Below are positions 22,900 to 33,106 of a stretch of 38,749 bases of DNA, in pieces. Source of the stretch: Octopus bimaculoides. Lineage: Eukaryota. Numbering within the stretch: position 1 is the first letter of the stretch; every line of letters starts with the position of its first letter. The notes under the pieces were generated by a model. The model was not told where the DNA came from. It saw nothing but the letters and a program-made list of their open reading frames with translations, and searched no databases. The position numbers and the translations under genes are program-made. Location of the stretch: assembly GCF_001194135.2 (NCBI RefSeq), contig NC_068982.1, positions 82,566,863-82,605,611 of the forward strand, read 5' to 3'.

Positions 22900-25697
22900 A
22901 CCAAAACCCGCTCCTTACACTACCAAACCCCCCAATAAACAGATACACAAAATATGAAATACGACCATCGACCCAAAATCCCACAAAGACAACAAAACAA
23001 ACAAGACACATACAACCAACAACCTATAACACTTGGAGAGAACAAACAGAATATGAACAACCACCAACACATAACGCTGGACATCCTAAATGGATACACA
23101 CATGGAACTATAGAGAAGTAGATAAAAATCAACACATAAACTACAATAAAAATCGAGGAAATCCAAATCATACAAACATCAACCTCATGCGACCCCACAA
23201 CTTTGCAAGATGGATAGAAAACAACCACCACTATCAAAACAATACAAACACACAATATGAACCATTCAACTACCCATAAGGAAACCTGAACCCCAGGAAT
23301 GGAAATTGACCCAACAAACACAGAAGATGGGAAGAAAACAACTACCACAGACAAAACAACACATGCAGACCATATAGACCACCCCTACCTCTACAAGAAA
23401 ACCTAAAACCTGAAAATGGAATTTGGATACGCAACAACACAATCCCCTTTTCAGGGAAAGGAAACTTCAACCATACTCCAGACCCAACACACCAAAAATT
23501 TCGAATGAACACACGAAACACATAGACCCCAAAATAATAAACCTATCTAAAAAAGAACTTAGCGAAAATGAAATGAACCTACTACTAAAAGGCCTCAAAT
23601 TTACACACACAATCACTCCAAATCTCATAGAACTAAAGACTGATATAGACAACTTTCGCCGCCGCCTCCGCCTTATGGAATTCTTTGAAAATAAGGAAAC
23701 AGAAGATAACTCAATCATAAGAAAAGACCCCATTTCACCCCTCACAAGGGAAGTGACAAACACCTACACGCATACATAGAGACACTCTCTAAATTCCCTC
23801 TCAACACACATAAATGCAAACCAAACCTCTGCAGAGGAGAAAAACAAGCCTTACAAATACTAAAAAATGACAAGTCGATCATTCTAAAAGAAACTGACAA
23901 AGGTGGAGCAATAGTAATTATGGATACAGATTACTACAAAGAAAAGATACTGGAGATACTTAACAACCAGACATATTACAAAGAGGAATCAACACAACCG
24001 GAGAAAGCAACATTAAAAAAAATTGGAACATTAATCAATGAATACCAGGACTCCTTTACAGACAAGGAGAAAGACTATTTATGCAACTCAAGGACCAAAG
24101 TAAGCAATTTCTATGGATTACCTAAAGTTCATAAAAGCTCTGAAATACAGAGAGCCATAAATGAGCAGAGGAACCATTATATAACAATACAAAGGCCCGC
24201 AGACCTCACAATGAGGCCAGTAGTTGCAGGGCCCCACGCACCAACACAGCAACTAAGCCACTCCATAGATGTACTCCTCAAACCTTTATGCCCACTGATA
24301 CCAAACTACATAAGGGATGACATAGACTTCCTCACACAGATTCCAAATACGATTCCGGAAAGCACCGTACTTGCAAGCTTCGATGTCACAAACTTATACA
24401 CGAACATACCACACACCCTGGGTTTGGAAGCGATAAAACACTGGGTAGAAAAATACAGGGAACTCATAGATAAACTTTCAAAACAGACTTTATCACCAAA
24501 GCTACCAAATTAATACTTGAAGAGAACACATTCTCATTTAACAAGTCATACCGACAGATAAAGGGCACGGCTATGGGTACGAAATTCGCACCTTCATATG
24601 CCAACCTAGTGATGGGTTTCCTTAAGAACAAACTATACGATGAAATAGGGAACGTCTTCGAACACAACTTCAGAGAAAACATCAAGAAAAAGTGGAAACG
24701 CTACCTCGATGACTGTTTCATTTTTCGGAACAGATCAGAAGATCTACGAACATTCCATAACATCCTCACACACTGCACCCGTCTATCCACTTCACGATAG
24801 ATACCAGCTACAACGAACTTCCCTTCTTAGACATCAACATCAAGATACACAACTCCATCGTCACAACAGACATCTACTACAAAAAAACCGACACACACCA
24901 ATATTTAAATTTCTACTCCTGCCACCCATCCCACATACAAAGAAACATTCCATATAATATGGCAAGACGCATATGCAGCATAGTGACCAACTCACAAACA
25001 CGCCAAATAAGACTAGATCAACTTAAAAACTTCCTACTAAAACAGAAATACCCACTCAAATTAATAAAAAAAAGGAATCTCAAGAGCAATGAAACTGGAC
25101 ATCACACAACTCAGAACTCCAAAAAAGAAAAACAAAGAAAACATCATCCCTTTCATAAACACACACAACCCTGGAATCACCAACATGTTTCAAATTATAG
25201 ATTCAAACTTACCAATAGTCATACAAAGCTCCCAAATGGGAAACCTACTAAACAAATATTGCATGAAAAAACAGTAAACGCCAAGAGAAAAACCCAAAGG
25301 AACACAACAAGAGCCAAATTCTCGTCAGAGAATAAAACCGAATTCTTCGTAGAAGAGTGTGGAGATGGTAGATGTGGAACCTGCAGTATCCCTTTCTACA
25401 AATATATAGAGGGAAACAAACAAATAAAATTTAAGAGTGGTCACACATTCAAAGTAAATGCAGACATGAATTGCAAGACGCGGAACGTAATATACTGCAT
25501 AACGAGCCAGAATTCACCGACAACATGTCCAACAGGAGGAACTACGAAAGATTCCACTGAGTGAACACTTAGAAGCATGTGGAGAAGGAAAATTTAAGAT
25601 CTTTCCCTTTCATAAATGCCCAAGGAATGACACCTCCTTCAGGAAAAATATGGAAAAATACTTCATAGCAAAATTCTCACCCAAACTGAATGGCTGA
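22900..25697 (+). mobile_element. Penelope-like element 2, near-complete ORF span, frameshifted
   Basis: Has an N/Q/H-rich N-terminus, then IINLSKKELSENEMNLLLKGLKF, KETDKGGAIVIMD, FYGLPKVHK, MRPVVAG, ASFDVTNLYTNIPH, GTAMGTKFAPSYANL, WKRYLDDCFIF, CGDGRCGTC, NCKTRNVIYCIT, and ends PKLNG*. Confidence 0.92.
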
Positions 25698-25741
25698 AAA
25701 CATGAAAATCACAACCCATCTAGAACTATTAACTTAGTCTG

Positions 25742-26780
25742 TATAATAATGTCCTCAAAATGTACAAGAAATTGTATACATATCTGTTTCATTGAGATCC
25801 TCCACAAGATACTTTCTCTCGTACATTATTGCCCATCCTAATATCTTCATTTTTTGTGTAGCAAACTCATAAGAGGCGGAGAGAGAACGTAAGTTCGTTT
25901 GCCCGAACATAAGAAATTATTGATTTCTCATTGGTTAAAAATTACTGCCAATATACGAATTATGAACTTCGTTGAAGAAATCTTTCACGGGGTTACGGTT
26001 CTATGATTCGTGTATGAGTAGTTATAACAACCCTGATTTTCGGCACTCAAGTCCACGGCACTCACCTTTTTGAGTATAGGCTAATATATATGCCATGTTC
26101 AATACTCAAATCCGACAATATTGAATTGTCGTGAAACCTTATTAGTTAGAATGAGAAACTAGTTAATAATAAATTTAAGTCGTAAATTCTCTACGACGAA
26201 ATGATTTGTTTCTAAATATCTATGAATGTAAAAAAATATGTATATAATAAATTAATGTAGAAACTTAATTCCTTTTACTTCTCATTTCTTTCAACTTGTT
26301 GAATTTATTTCTGTATATTAATGAAACTGTATTTTTTTTTATGTGTAACGGTTAAGAAAATATAATCTAAATCTTCAACATACATGCACGTAATGAACGC
26401 ACATTCAGCGTCTTGTCATGTATACATCATAACATTTACGCAGCCTAAACTAAACTAAGAGTTATGCTTAGTGATAAGTACTTATAATTAAGTTATAAGT
26501 AACGAGATTATCATTATCGTTTTTAATTAAATAAACAATAATATTTGTTATAACTTACGAATGAAAACATTATAAATAAAGATATAGTATATCTCACACT
26601 TCAACGACCTGTTGTGATAACAAACAACCAACATAGAAAAACTGGTGTCCGACCTGTTATACACATATAATAATGTCCTCACAATGTACAAGAAATTGTA
26701 TGCATATCTGTTTCATTGAGCTCCTCCACAAGATACTTTCTCTCGTACATTATTGCCCATCCTAATATCTTCATTTTTGT
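25742..26780 (+). repeat. Pair of ~113 bp direct repeats (25742-25855 and 26666-26780) flanking ~810 bp
   Basis: TATAATAATGTCCTCA.AATGTACAAGAAATTGTAT.CATATCTG...CCTAATATCTTCATTTTT is present twice, with 3 substitutions visible. Confidence 0.92.
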
Positions 26781-26844
26781 AAAGAATTGTCCCTTATCTT
26801 CATTCCTCTTGAAAAAAAATATATATTCTTTTATTGTTTTAATC

Positions 26845-27478
26845 TTTCATTCATTCATGCGTTTCAGCCGAAAGTCTGTGGCCATGCTGTGGCACCGCCA
26901 TTGTTATCACCTTTACAATGGCCATTCTTATGCGATTGGCTTTTGGTGATGGAGGGCGTTCGATACAGCTACCCTCTTTTGAATTTCTTGCTTCATCGAC
27001 TTTGCACTGCAAGAGGGCAAATCGTTTCTTGGAAACATCTACCCCTACTTCATATAGATCCCTCAGATGTTTTAGCAAGGCTTTAAATATCTGTGGGCCC
27101 TTGAATCTCAAGCTATTGCAGTACATGTTCCTCGCTCTAGACGGGATAGCTGGGACCTTTGGAACAGTGACGTCCAGCTCGGGGGCTTGGTGCCAACCAG
27201 TTCAAGATTTTCTATACGTATATCACTACATTTCTCTCCTGTCTTCGCTTCAGGGAGTATAGTCGTAGCTCTTTCAGCTTCTCCCTGTAGATGAGCTGTT
27301 CCATTGACGCAATCTCCCTGGTGTATCATTGCCGAACTGCCTCAAGTTCCGCTATAAATTTCACACTTTTGGGTAACCACAGTTGAGAGCAGTAGTCCAG
27401 ACAACTGGGGACAAATTTCTTCCATAGAATCAGCATTTTTTACTGGTAGTTGCTCTGAAAGTTCTCAAGATACTCTTA
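26845..27478 (-). mobile_element. CR1-type LINE 3' segment with tail
   Basis: Reads ILRTFR..MLILWKKFVPSCLDYCSQLW...YRERLKELRLYSL...RYCNSLRFKGPQIFKALLKHLRDL..VDV. It ends in GGCGGTGCCACAGCATGGCCACAG..CTGAAAC plus (ATGA)n. Confidence 0.85.
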
Positions 27479-27479
27479 A

Positions 27480-28160
27480 TATGGGGATGCATTTGAAGAG
27501 AGCCTCAAAAAGATAGAAGAATTATTAACCAACTTTATATACTTCTTCTAGGAAACTTCAATCTCCCTAATGTCGAATGATCCGAGAACCACTTTCTCTC
27601 ACGCATGTCATTGCATTAACAGAGGCAAGCACTGTGTCTGCTCGATCTCACAGACATGGTTTTTATAGTGCTCCATCTAACAAGGAGAAAATGTCCTGGA
27701 TCTCTGCTTCACAAATAGCACGGCGTTCATCTACAATGTTAAGATGACACTTGTCGATTTTCTAGGACCATAGCTTTATAGAACTAACAACGTATTGTCC
27801 GCAGAGCACTGCAGACATGCAGGCTGCTAGAAGTACCCAATTCCTTTCGAGCCTGAACTGTCATAAAGCTGATTGGAATGGTATTCAGAAACAGGTCATG
27901 GAACAAAACTGGTCTACCACTCTCTCTACCCAAGATATTGACATAAAGCTACTGAGCTTTATGACAATCATGCATGGCATATGAAGTAAGCTTCTCCCAA
28001 GAGAGAAAATAAAACTGTCAGAAAAGCATAATTCCCAGGAATAGGAAAATTCTAATGAGACGACGAGCAAATATCTCAAACTGTCTAAGTGGGCCATTAA
28101 ACAACAACGAAGAATTTTATCTCAAACAAATCAGAGGAATGACGTCTTTTCATAGACAGC
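27480..28160 (+). mobile_element. CR1-type LINE AP-endonuclease and linker fragment (opposite orientation to the adjacent 3' segment)
   Basis: Reads ILLLGNFNLPNVE, NVLDLCFTNS..IYNVK, (S)DHSFIEL and NCHKADWNGIQ, with frameshifts and stops. Confidence 0.75.
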
Positions 28161-28164
28161 TCTA

Positions 28165-29416
28165 AGCGTAGTTCAAAATGTGTATTGATGCACAACGAAA
28201 ATGTGTACAGCTCTGTCCCACTTGGCCGCGCAACAACTCTGAAGGAAAAATATGAAGAAATTAAGTTGGTTTTAGAGAAGTTACTGTATCATGATCATAA
28301 ATGGGTCATCTGTGTTGACTTAAAGATAGTGAATTTTCTCATGGGACAGCAATTTGGTTATACCAAATATGCATGCTTTCTTTGCATGTGGGACAGTAGA
28401 GACCAAGGAAACCACTATGTTAAGAAAGACTAGCCTCCTCGAACAAATATGACTCCATGTAGAGTTGCAAATATATTGGAACAACCTTTATTTGAGCGAG
28501 ATAACATCATTTCCCCCTCCCCCTTTGCACATCAAACGCAGTGTTGATCAAGCAATTCGTCAAAGCTCTTGAGAAAAATGGGGAGTGATTCATTTATATC
28601 TGCAGTGCATTTCCAGACTTGACGATTGAAAAACTTAAAGCAGGGATTTTTGATGGACCACAGATCAATTTTTGATGGACCACAGATCAATTTTCGTAAA
28701 AGTACAGAGCAAAAATGAAGCATCAGCTTGGCTAGCCTTTGCAGAAGTAGTGCAAAATTTCCTTGGGAAACACAACAGTGAAAACTTTAAAGACCTTGTT
28801 ACCAACTTGATATCAACTTTTCGTGATATTGACGCGAATATAAGCATCAAAATGCATTATCTTTTTAGTCATCTTGATTGTTTTCCTGAAAATTTCGAAG
28901 ATGTTAGCGATGAACAAGGCGAACGATTCCATCAGGACATCAAGGAGATGGAAACTCGGTACCAAGGACGTTGGGACGTTGGGACGTTGGGACGTTGTGA
29001 TGATGGCAGACTATTGCTGGTGTTTAAAACCAGATACTCCTGGTGCCTGGAATTTTTCAATGAATTCTTGAGTGATTTTGCCTGCTAAATTCAAAAATGA
29101 CATTCACGGTGCACAAAGAAGCGCAAATTTATTCCTTGAATTTTCTGCCAAAAATCTTAAAACAATGTACATTTTCAATTTTGAAATTTTATTTGTACTT
29201 CATTTTGTTTTGTGTTACGCTCTCTTTATCGATTCATATTATATTTCTTTCGTATGAATAAAATACTTACTCTGTCAGGTCTAGTCAGAAAACTAGACCT
29301 GAAAGAGAAAAACTGAAGTTATTTTTTAATTTAGCAGGTAACATCACTTCAGAATTCGTTGAAATATTCAAGGCACCAGACAAAAAAAATAAATAAATAA
29401 AATTTGTTGTCCAGTG
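28165..29416 (+). mobile_element. Chapaev3-type (CMC/Transib-related) DNA transposon, 3' half of transposase plus right terminus
   Basis: Reads WVICVDLKIVNFLMGQQFGYTKYACFLCMWDSRD, PPLHIK, AGIFDGPQI, IKMHYLFSHLD and VSDEQGERFHQDIKEMETRYQGRWD..MADYCW. It ends ...AAATTTGTTGTCCAGTG, i.e. CACTGGACAACAAAT on the reverse strand. The family assignment is from recalled motifs. Confidence 0.75.
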
Positions 29417-29432
29417 TTCTATGCCTCTTGTG

Positions 29433-29563
29433 TGAATAAAATACTTACTCTGTCAGGTCTAGTCAGAAAACTGAACCTAACAGAGAAAAGCTGAAGTCAT
29501 TTTTGAATTTAGCAGGCAAAATCACTCAAGAATTCATTGAAAAATTCCAGGCACCAGACAGTG
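29433..29563 (+). repeat. Diverged second copy of the Chapaev3 right subterminal region
   Basis: TGAATAAAATACTTACTCTGTCAGGTCTAGTCAGAAAACT...GGCACCAGAC is repeated from 29255-29387, and this copy ends in CAGTG. Confidence 0.8.
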
Positions 29564-30079
29564 TAATCATATTTCACCTTAAGGTATGGATGAATTAAAT
29601 TTAGCTCTAACATCCTCATTCTTATAAACACCAAGTAGCTCTTTAATTCGCTGTGTGAACGTATGTGCACCAAACCACACGTGTGCGTATGCTTACATAT
29701 TCGTGGATGTTTTTATGAGCTAGAATACCATCACCATACAAACTACGCGAGGGCGTTTGTACATCCATATCCGTTAACGGTTAAATTTAATACTTTTTTT
29801 CGCTGTATTGTGTATTCGTTTCTTTTTGCTTGTTATTTTTTATTGTTATCTTCTATATAAATGAAGACATATCCTTTAATTTGATGCTTTTCTTTACAGA
29901 ACCTAGAAGACACCTTGCGAGACAGTCGTTATTTTAACGATTTATTTCTAATTATCACCCGAAGCGACACATCTGCATCGACGGATGCTCCTGAACCGGG
30001 ATGCTAGTTGGGTCAAAACAATGGTAGTGATTCATAAATATTTTAGTATCTTCCATCTTCCGTCTCTCTCATTAACCAA

Positions 30080-30143
<64 letters not shown>

Positions 30144-30269
30144 TTATAAGTATGTACATATATACATATATTTATAATATATCTATTAGTATATATATAT
30201 CTATATACATATGTATATGTATGTATATGTATATCTGTATGTGTGTGTGTGTCTATATATATATATATG

Positions 30270-30460
30270 TAGTGAGAATTTACAAAAAAAAAAACAAAAG
30301 ACGAAGACGGGTGAGTAAACAACACACAGATGTATTAGTTTAACGCTCGGGAAGTGAGAAAGTCTTTTACGTTTCGAGCTAACGCTCCTCGACAGAGAGG
30401 AACACAGAAATAAATAGGGAGAGAAAATACAAAAAGGTTTAATGGCTCGCGATCTATCAT
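30270..30460 (-). mobile_element. Solo PLE-type terminal segment (pLTR end) running into (TA)n
   Basis: A minus-strand hammerhead-like motif is followed by ~90 nt and then (TA)n, the same layout as the other PLE ends in the window. Confidence 0.5.
30362..30400 (-). ncRNA. Minimal type I hammerhead ribozyme variant (A6U), palindromic helix III
   Basis: The minus strand reads CCTCT-CTGTCGA-G-GAGC GTTA GCTC-GAAA-CG-TA-AAAG. Confidence 0.55.
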
Positions 30461-30699
30461 GCGTACATGCAAGTATACATTATAGTAATAATAAGAACAC
30501 TGATGTGAGAAATTTGTTTCACTATTTCAATTTAAAATTATTCCGTCTTAGTTCAATAGAATCTTGTAGCATTATGTAATCGTAATCCAAATATTGATAC
30601 CATTCACGTTAACCTTAATAACGCATGCAGAATACAATTCTTCAAAAGTGCGTAGAATAATATGCTAATATTTTTTATACGCATATTTTTGTATTTGGG

Positions 30700-32335
30700 G
30701 CTGGTCATGTTGCCAATTTAGCCATGAAAACACACGCACTATATATTTGGTGTTCACTTGCTTCATATTAATTGTATTTCGGCCAGAGCTCTTTCGTCAC
30801 ATTTCTGTGACCTCATCAGTGATCCTTTGCTTTCTTCTTTTTTTTTGTCTCTCCTTCCTAACGATCTGCCATTTTGTGTTCTTGTATGTGTCTTTATTTG
30901 CACATGCGTATATCCTTGTGTGTGTCTATGCGTATATCTTTGTGTTTAGTAAGTGTTCGTGTGGGAATGTGTAAGGTACCTGCATTATCAGTATCCTCTG
31001 TTTACTCACGTTCGTTTAATTTAATTTAATTCATTATATTTATTTTATCTGTTTTTATGTACTTTTTCACGTCTTCTTTTTTGTATTCAATTTAGTTTAA
31101 TTTATTATATTTTATGTATTTAATTATTTAGTTCCATTCATTTATCTGTCTATTCTATTAGTTTCATATCATCATTAGTTTATGTGGATCTCATTCTGTC
31201 ATAGGTTGTGGTGTGTGGTGTGTGTGTGCTAGCGTTCCATTCTAATTTTCTATCTAGGCTAGGTGTATCTTCTATTATTTGTGTAACCTCCATAATTTGT
31301 CCAAGTGTTGCTTCCATTCTATGTGTGGACATGATTTTAACTTCTACGTTGTTGGAGTGAGCCCCCGTGTTCCCGCTCGACGTGCTGGTATAGAACCGAT
31401 GAGCGCTTCTCTTCCTTAAGTTCTCTCCAATGCTTATTTATCCGTTCTCCTATGCTCCGTGCCGTCTCCCCTACGTACGTCGTTGTCTTGTTACTGCACT
31501 GTCTCTCTGTACATCTTATTCTATAGACTACATTCCTAGCTTTATAGTTTTTTTGTGGGCTAAATCTACATACAACACTGTTCCTATTAGTACAGGGGGT
31601 TCTATTACAAAGATAGGTTCTACCGATTAGGGTTTTGATAGGGTTATCTGGCCTTTCTACAACTTTAATTCTTAGCTTAAGCTTGTTTAGGGCCCTTCTA
31701 AAGCAGTACGCCAGTTCGCCTCTAAGGGTAGTATCGACGAACAAGACACTCTGGTATTTGTGGTTATCATACCATGAGTTGGCTTTCCCTATTTTCTTCT
31801 TAGTCCTTTCAATGATATTCCATGACATGCTTCTATAGAGTGGGCAAATCCCATCCCTGTCGTTACGTATGATAGTTCCAAATTTCCTTGTGGCTCCTTT
31901 ATACACTCTGATCCGTGCTTTATGACTGTATCCTGAGAACTGCATGCGGTGAACGAAGTGTTGTATGTGTCACTTTAACTCTGTAGGGTCGCACATGCGA
32001 GACACATTTCTCATTATTCTGATGAAGTCTGCCATCAATATATTGAATTTGGCATTGTCCGCGATAGCTGAGTTCCGGTGGATCGGGTATTTGAAGGCCA
32101 TAGGTTTGGTATAGTGTGAATGGAGGATTTGGGTTTTATTATTCACTGTTTCCAGCCAGAGTTCTGTATCTAGCACTGGTAGTCTATGGTTGGGGTATTT
32201 CGTAGGGTAGTCTATCATGACCTTAATACTCTGGTGGATAGAGTTAGCTATTTGCTGGATGCTCTCCATAGTATTAGTTTCAATTTCTATTTCAAGGGTA
32301 CTCTCTTGTTGGGGTACCTTTACCACTATGTGATA
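30700..32335 (-). mobile_element. Penelope-like element 3 (RT thumb + GIY-YIG + A-rich 3' region), 5' truncated
   Basis: Reads IANSIHQSIKVMIDYP..LPVLDTELW..HYTKPMA, MQFSGYS, QSVLFVDTT..GELA, C-x-C-x-x-C, NVVYRIRC...YVGETARSIGERINKH and LYQHVEREHGG. Confidence 0.88.
30780..30826 (-). ncRNA. Minimal type I hammerhead ribozyme with an intact conserved core in the 3' end of PLE3
   Basis: The minus strand reads GGATCA-CTGATGA-G-GTCAC AGAAAT GTGAC-GAAA-GAGC-TC-TGGCC. It lies on the same strand as the PLE3 ORF, ~400-550 bp downstream of it. Confidence 0.7.
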
Positions 32336-32838
32336 ATACTACTACATATAAAACTTATACTGGCTCCACAGAAAACAGCTTTCAAAACTATATAGAAATT
32401 CTTTTAAGTATCCAGAAAACGGATCAGCAATGAGCATAACCAAGTAAGAATAGCAATTACAAGAAGCGGCCTGTGCTTCATTTAAAATACATTGGTCCAT
32501 ATTGGAGAAGGTTAGTCCTTACGTACCATGTCCGTTTGTTTGAGTGAAAAGTACTTTATACTATTCTATGGTAAATATACAGTGAACCGCAAGACGGAGC
32601 TCCAAGGCTTTTGCAGACACACTTCTAGGTTTCTTGTGTGCTATCAATTGTGTACTATGTAAACCCGGTTTTTATTGGCGCTTTACATTGCATTTCTCAA
32701 CTGTCACTCATCCATTTTCTCTCCTGGAACAATTTCATTTATAATTTTTAATTCTTCACTTTCGTTTATTTCTATACTGTTATGTCTCAAGCTACTGCTA
32801 TCTAGCACCTTCGGATGATCTCTACTCAATCGCTACAT

Positions 32839-32890
32839 AACTGCTACTCGACTGCTACTCAACAGCTGCTCGACTGCTACTCAACACTCC
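32839..32890 (+). repeat. 11 bp minisatellite (ACTGCTACTCR), 4-5 copies
   Basis: ACTGCTACTCG ACTGCTACTCA ACAGCTGCTCG ACTGCTACTCA ACACTCCTACC. Confidence 0.85.
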
Positions 32891-33106
32891 TACCACGGCC
32901 AGATTACCTCTATTTATATGTCTTGGGAGATCCTACTTCTTCGCCTGGGGGCGTCGACACAACATATACATAATTTGCTTTTCTCGTATTGTCATATTTT
33001 GAGTGCATATAAGTTTATACGTCTATCCAGAAGTACGGATGTACATTCATGCGTTATGTTTGTGTATATTTCATGTAACTGTGTGTGTGTATGTGTAGCC
33101 ATATAT

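Noticed and set aside
25862-25896. AACT-CATAAGA...GAACGTA-AGTT downstream of PLE2 as a hammerhead
   Set aside because: The core is altered at U4/G5, GAAA is incomplete and helix II cannot form.
26170-26210. GTCGTA-loop-TACGAC followed by GAAA downstream of PLE2
   Set aside because: Helix II is good but the upstream core matches CUGANGA at only 2 of 7 positions.
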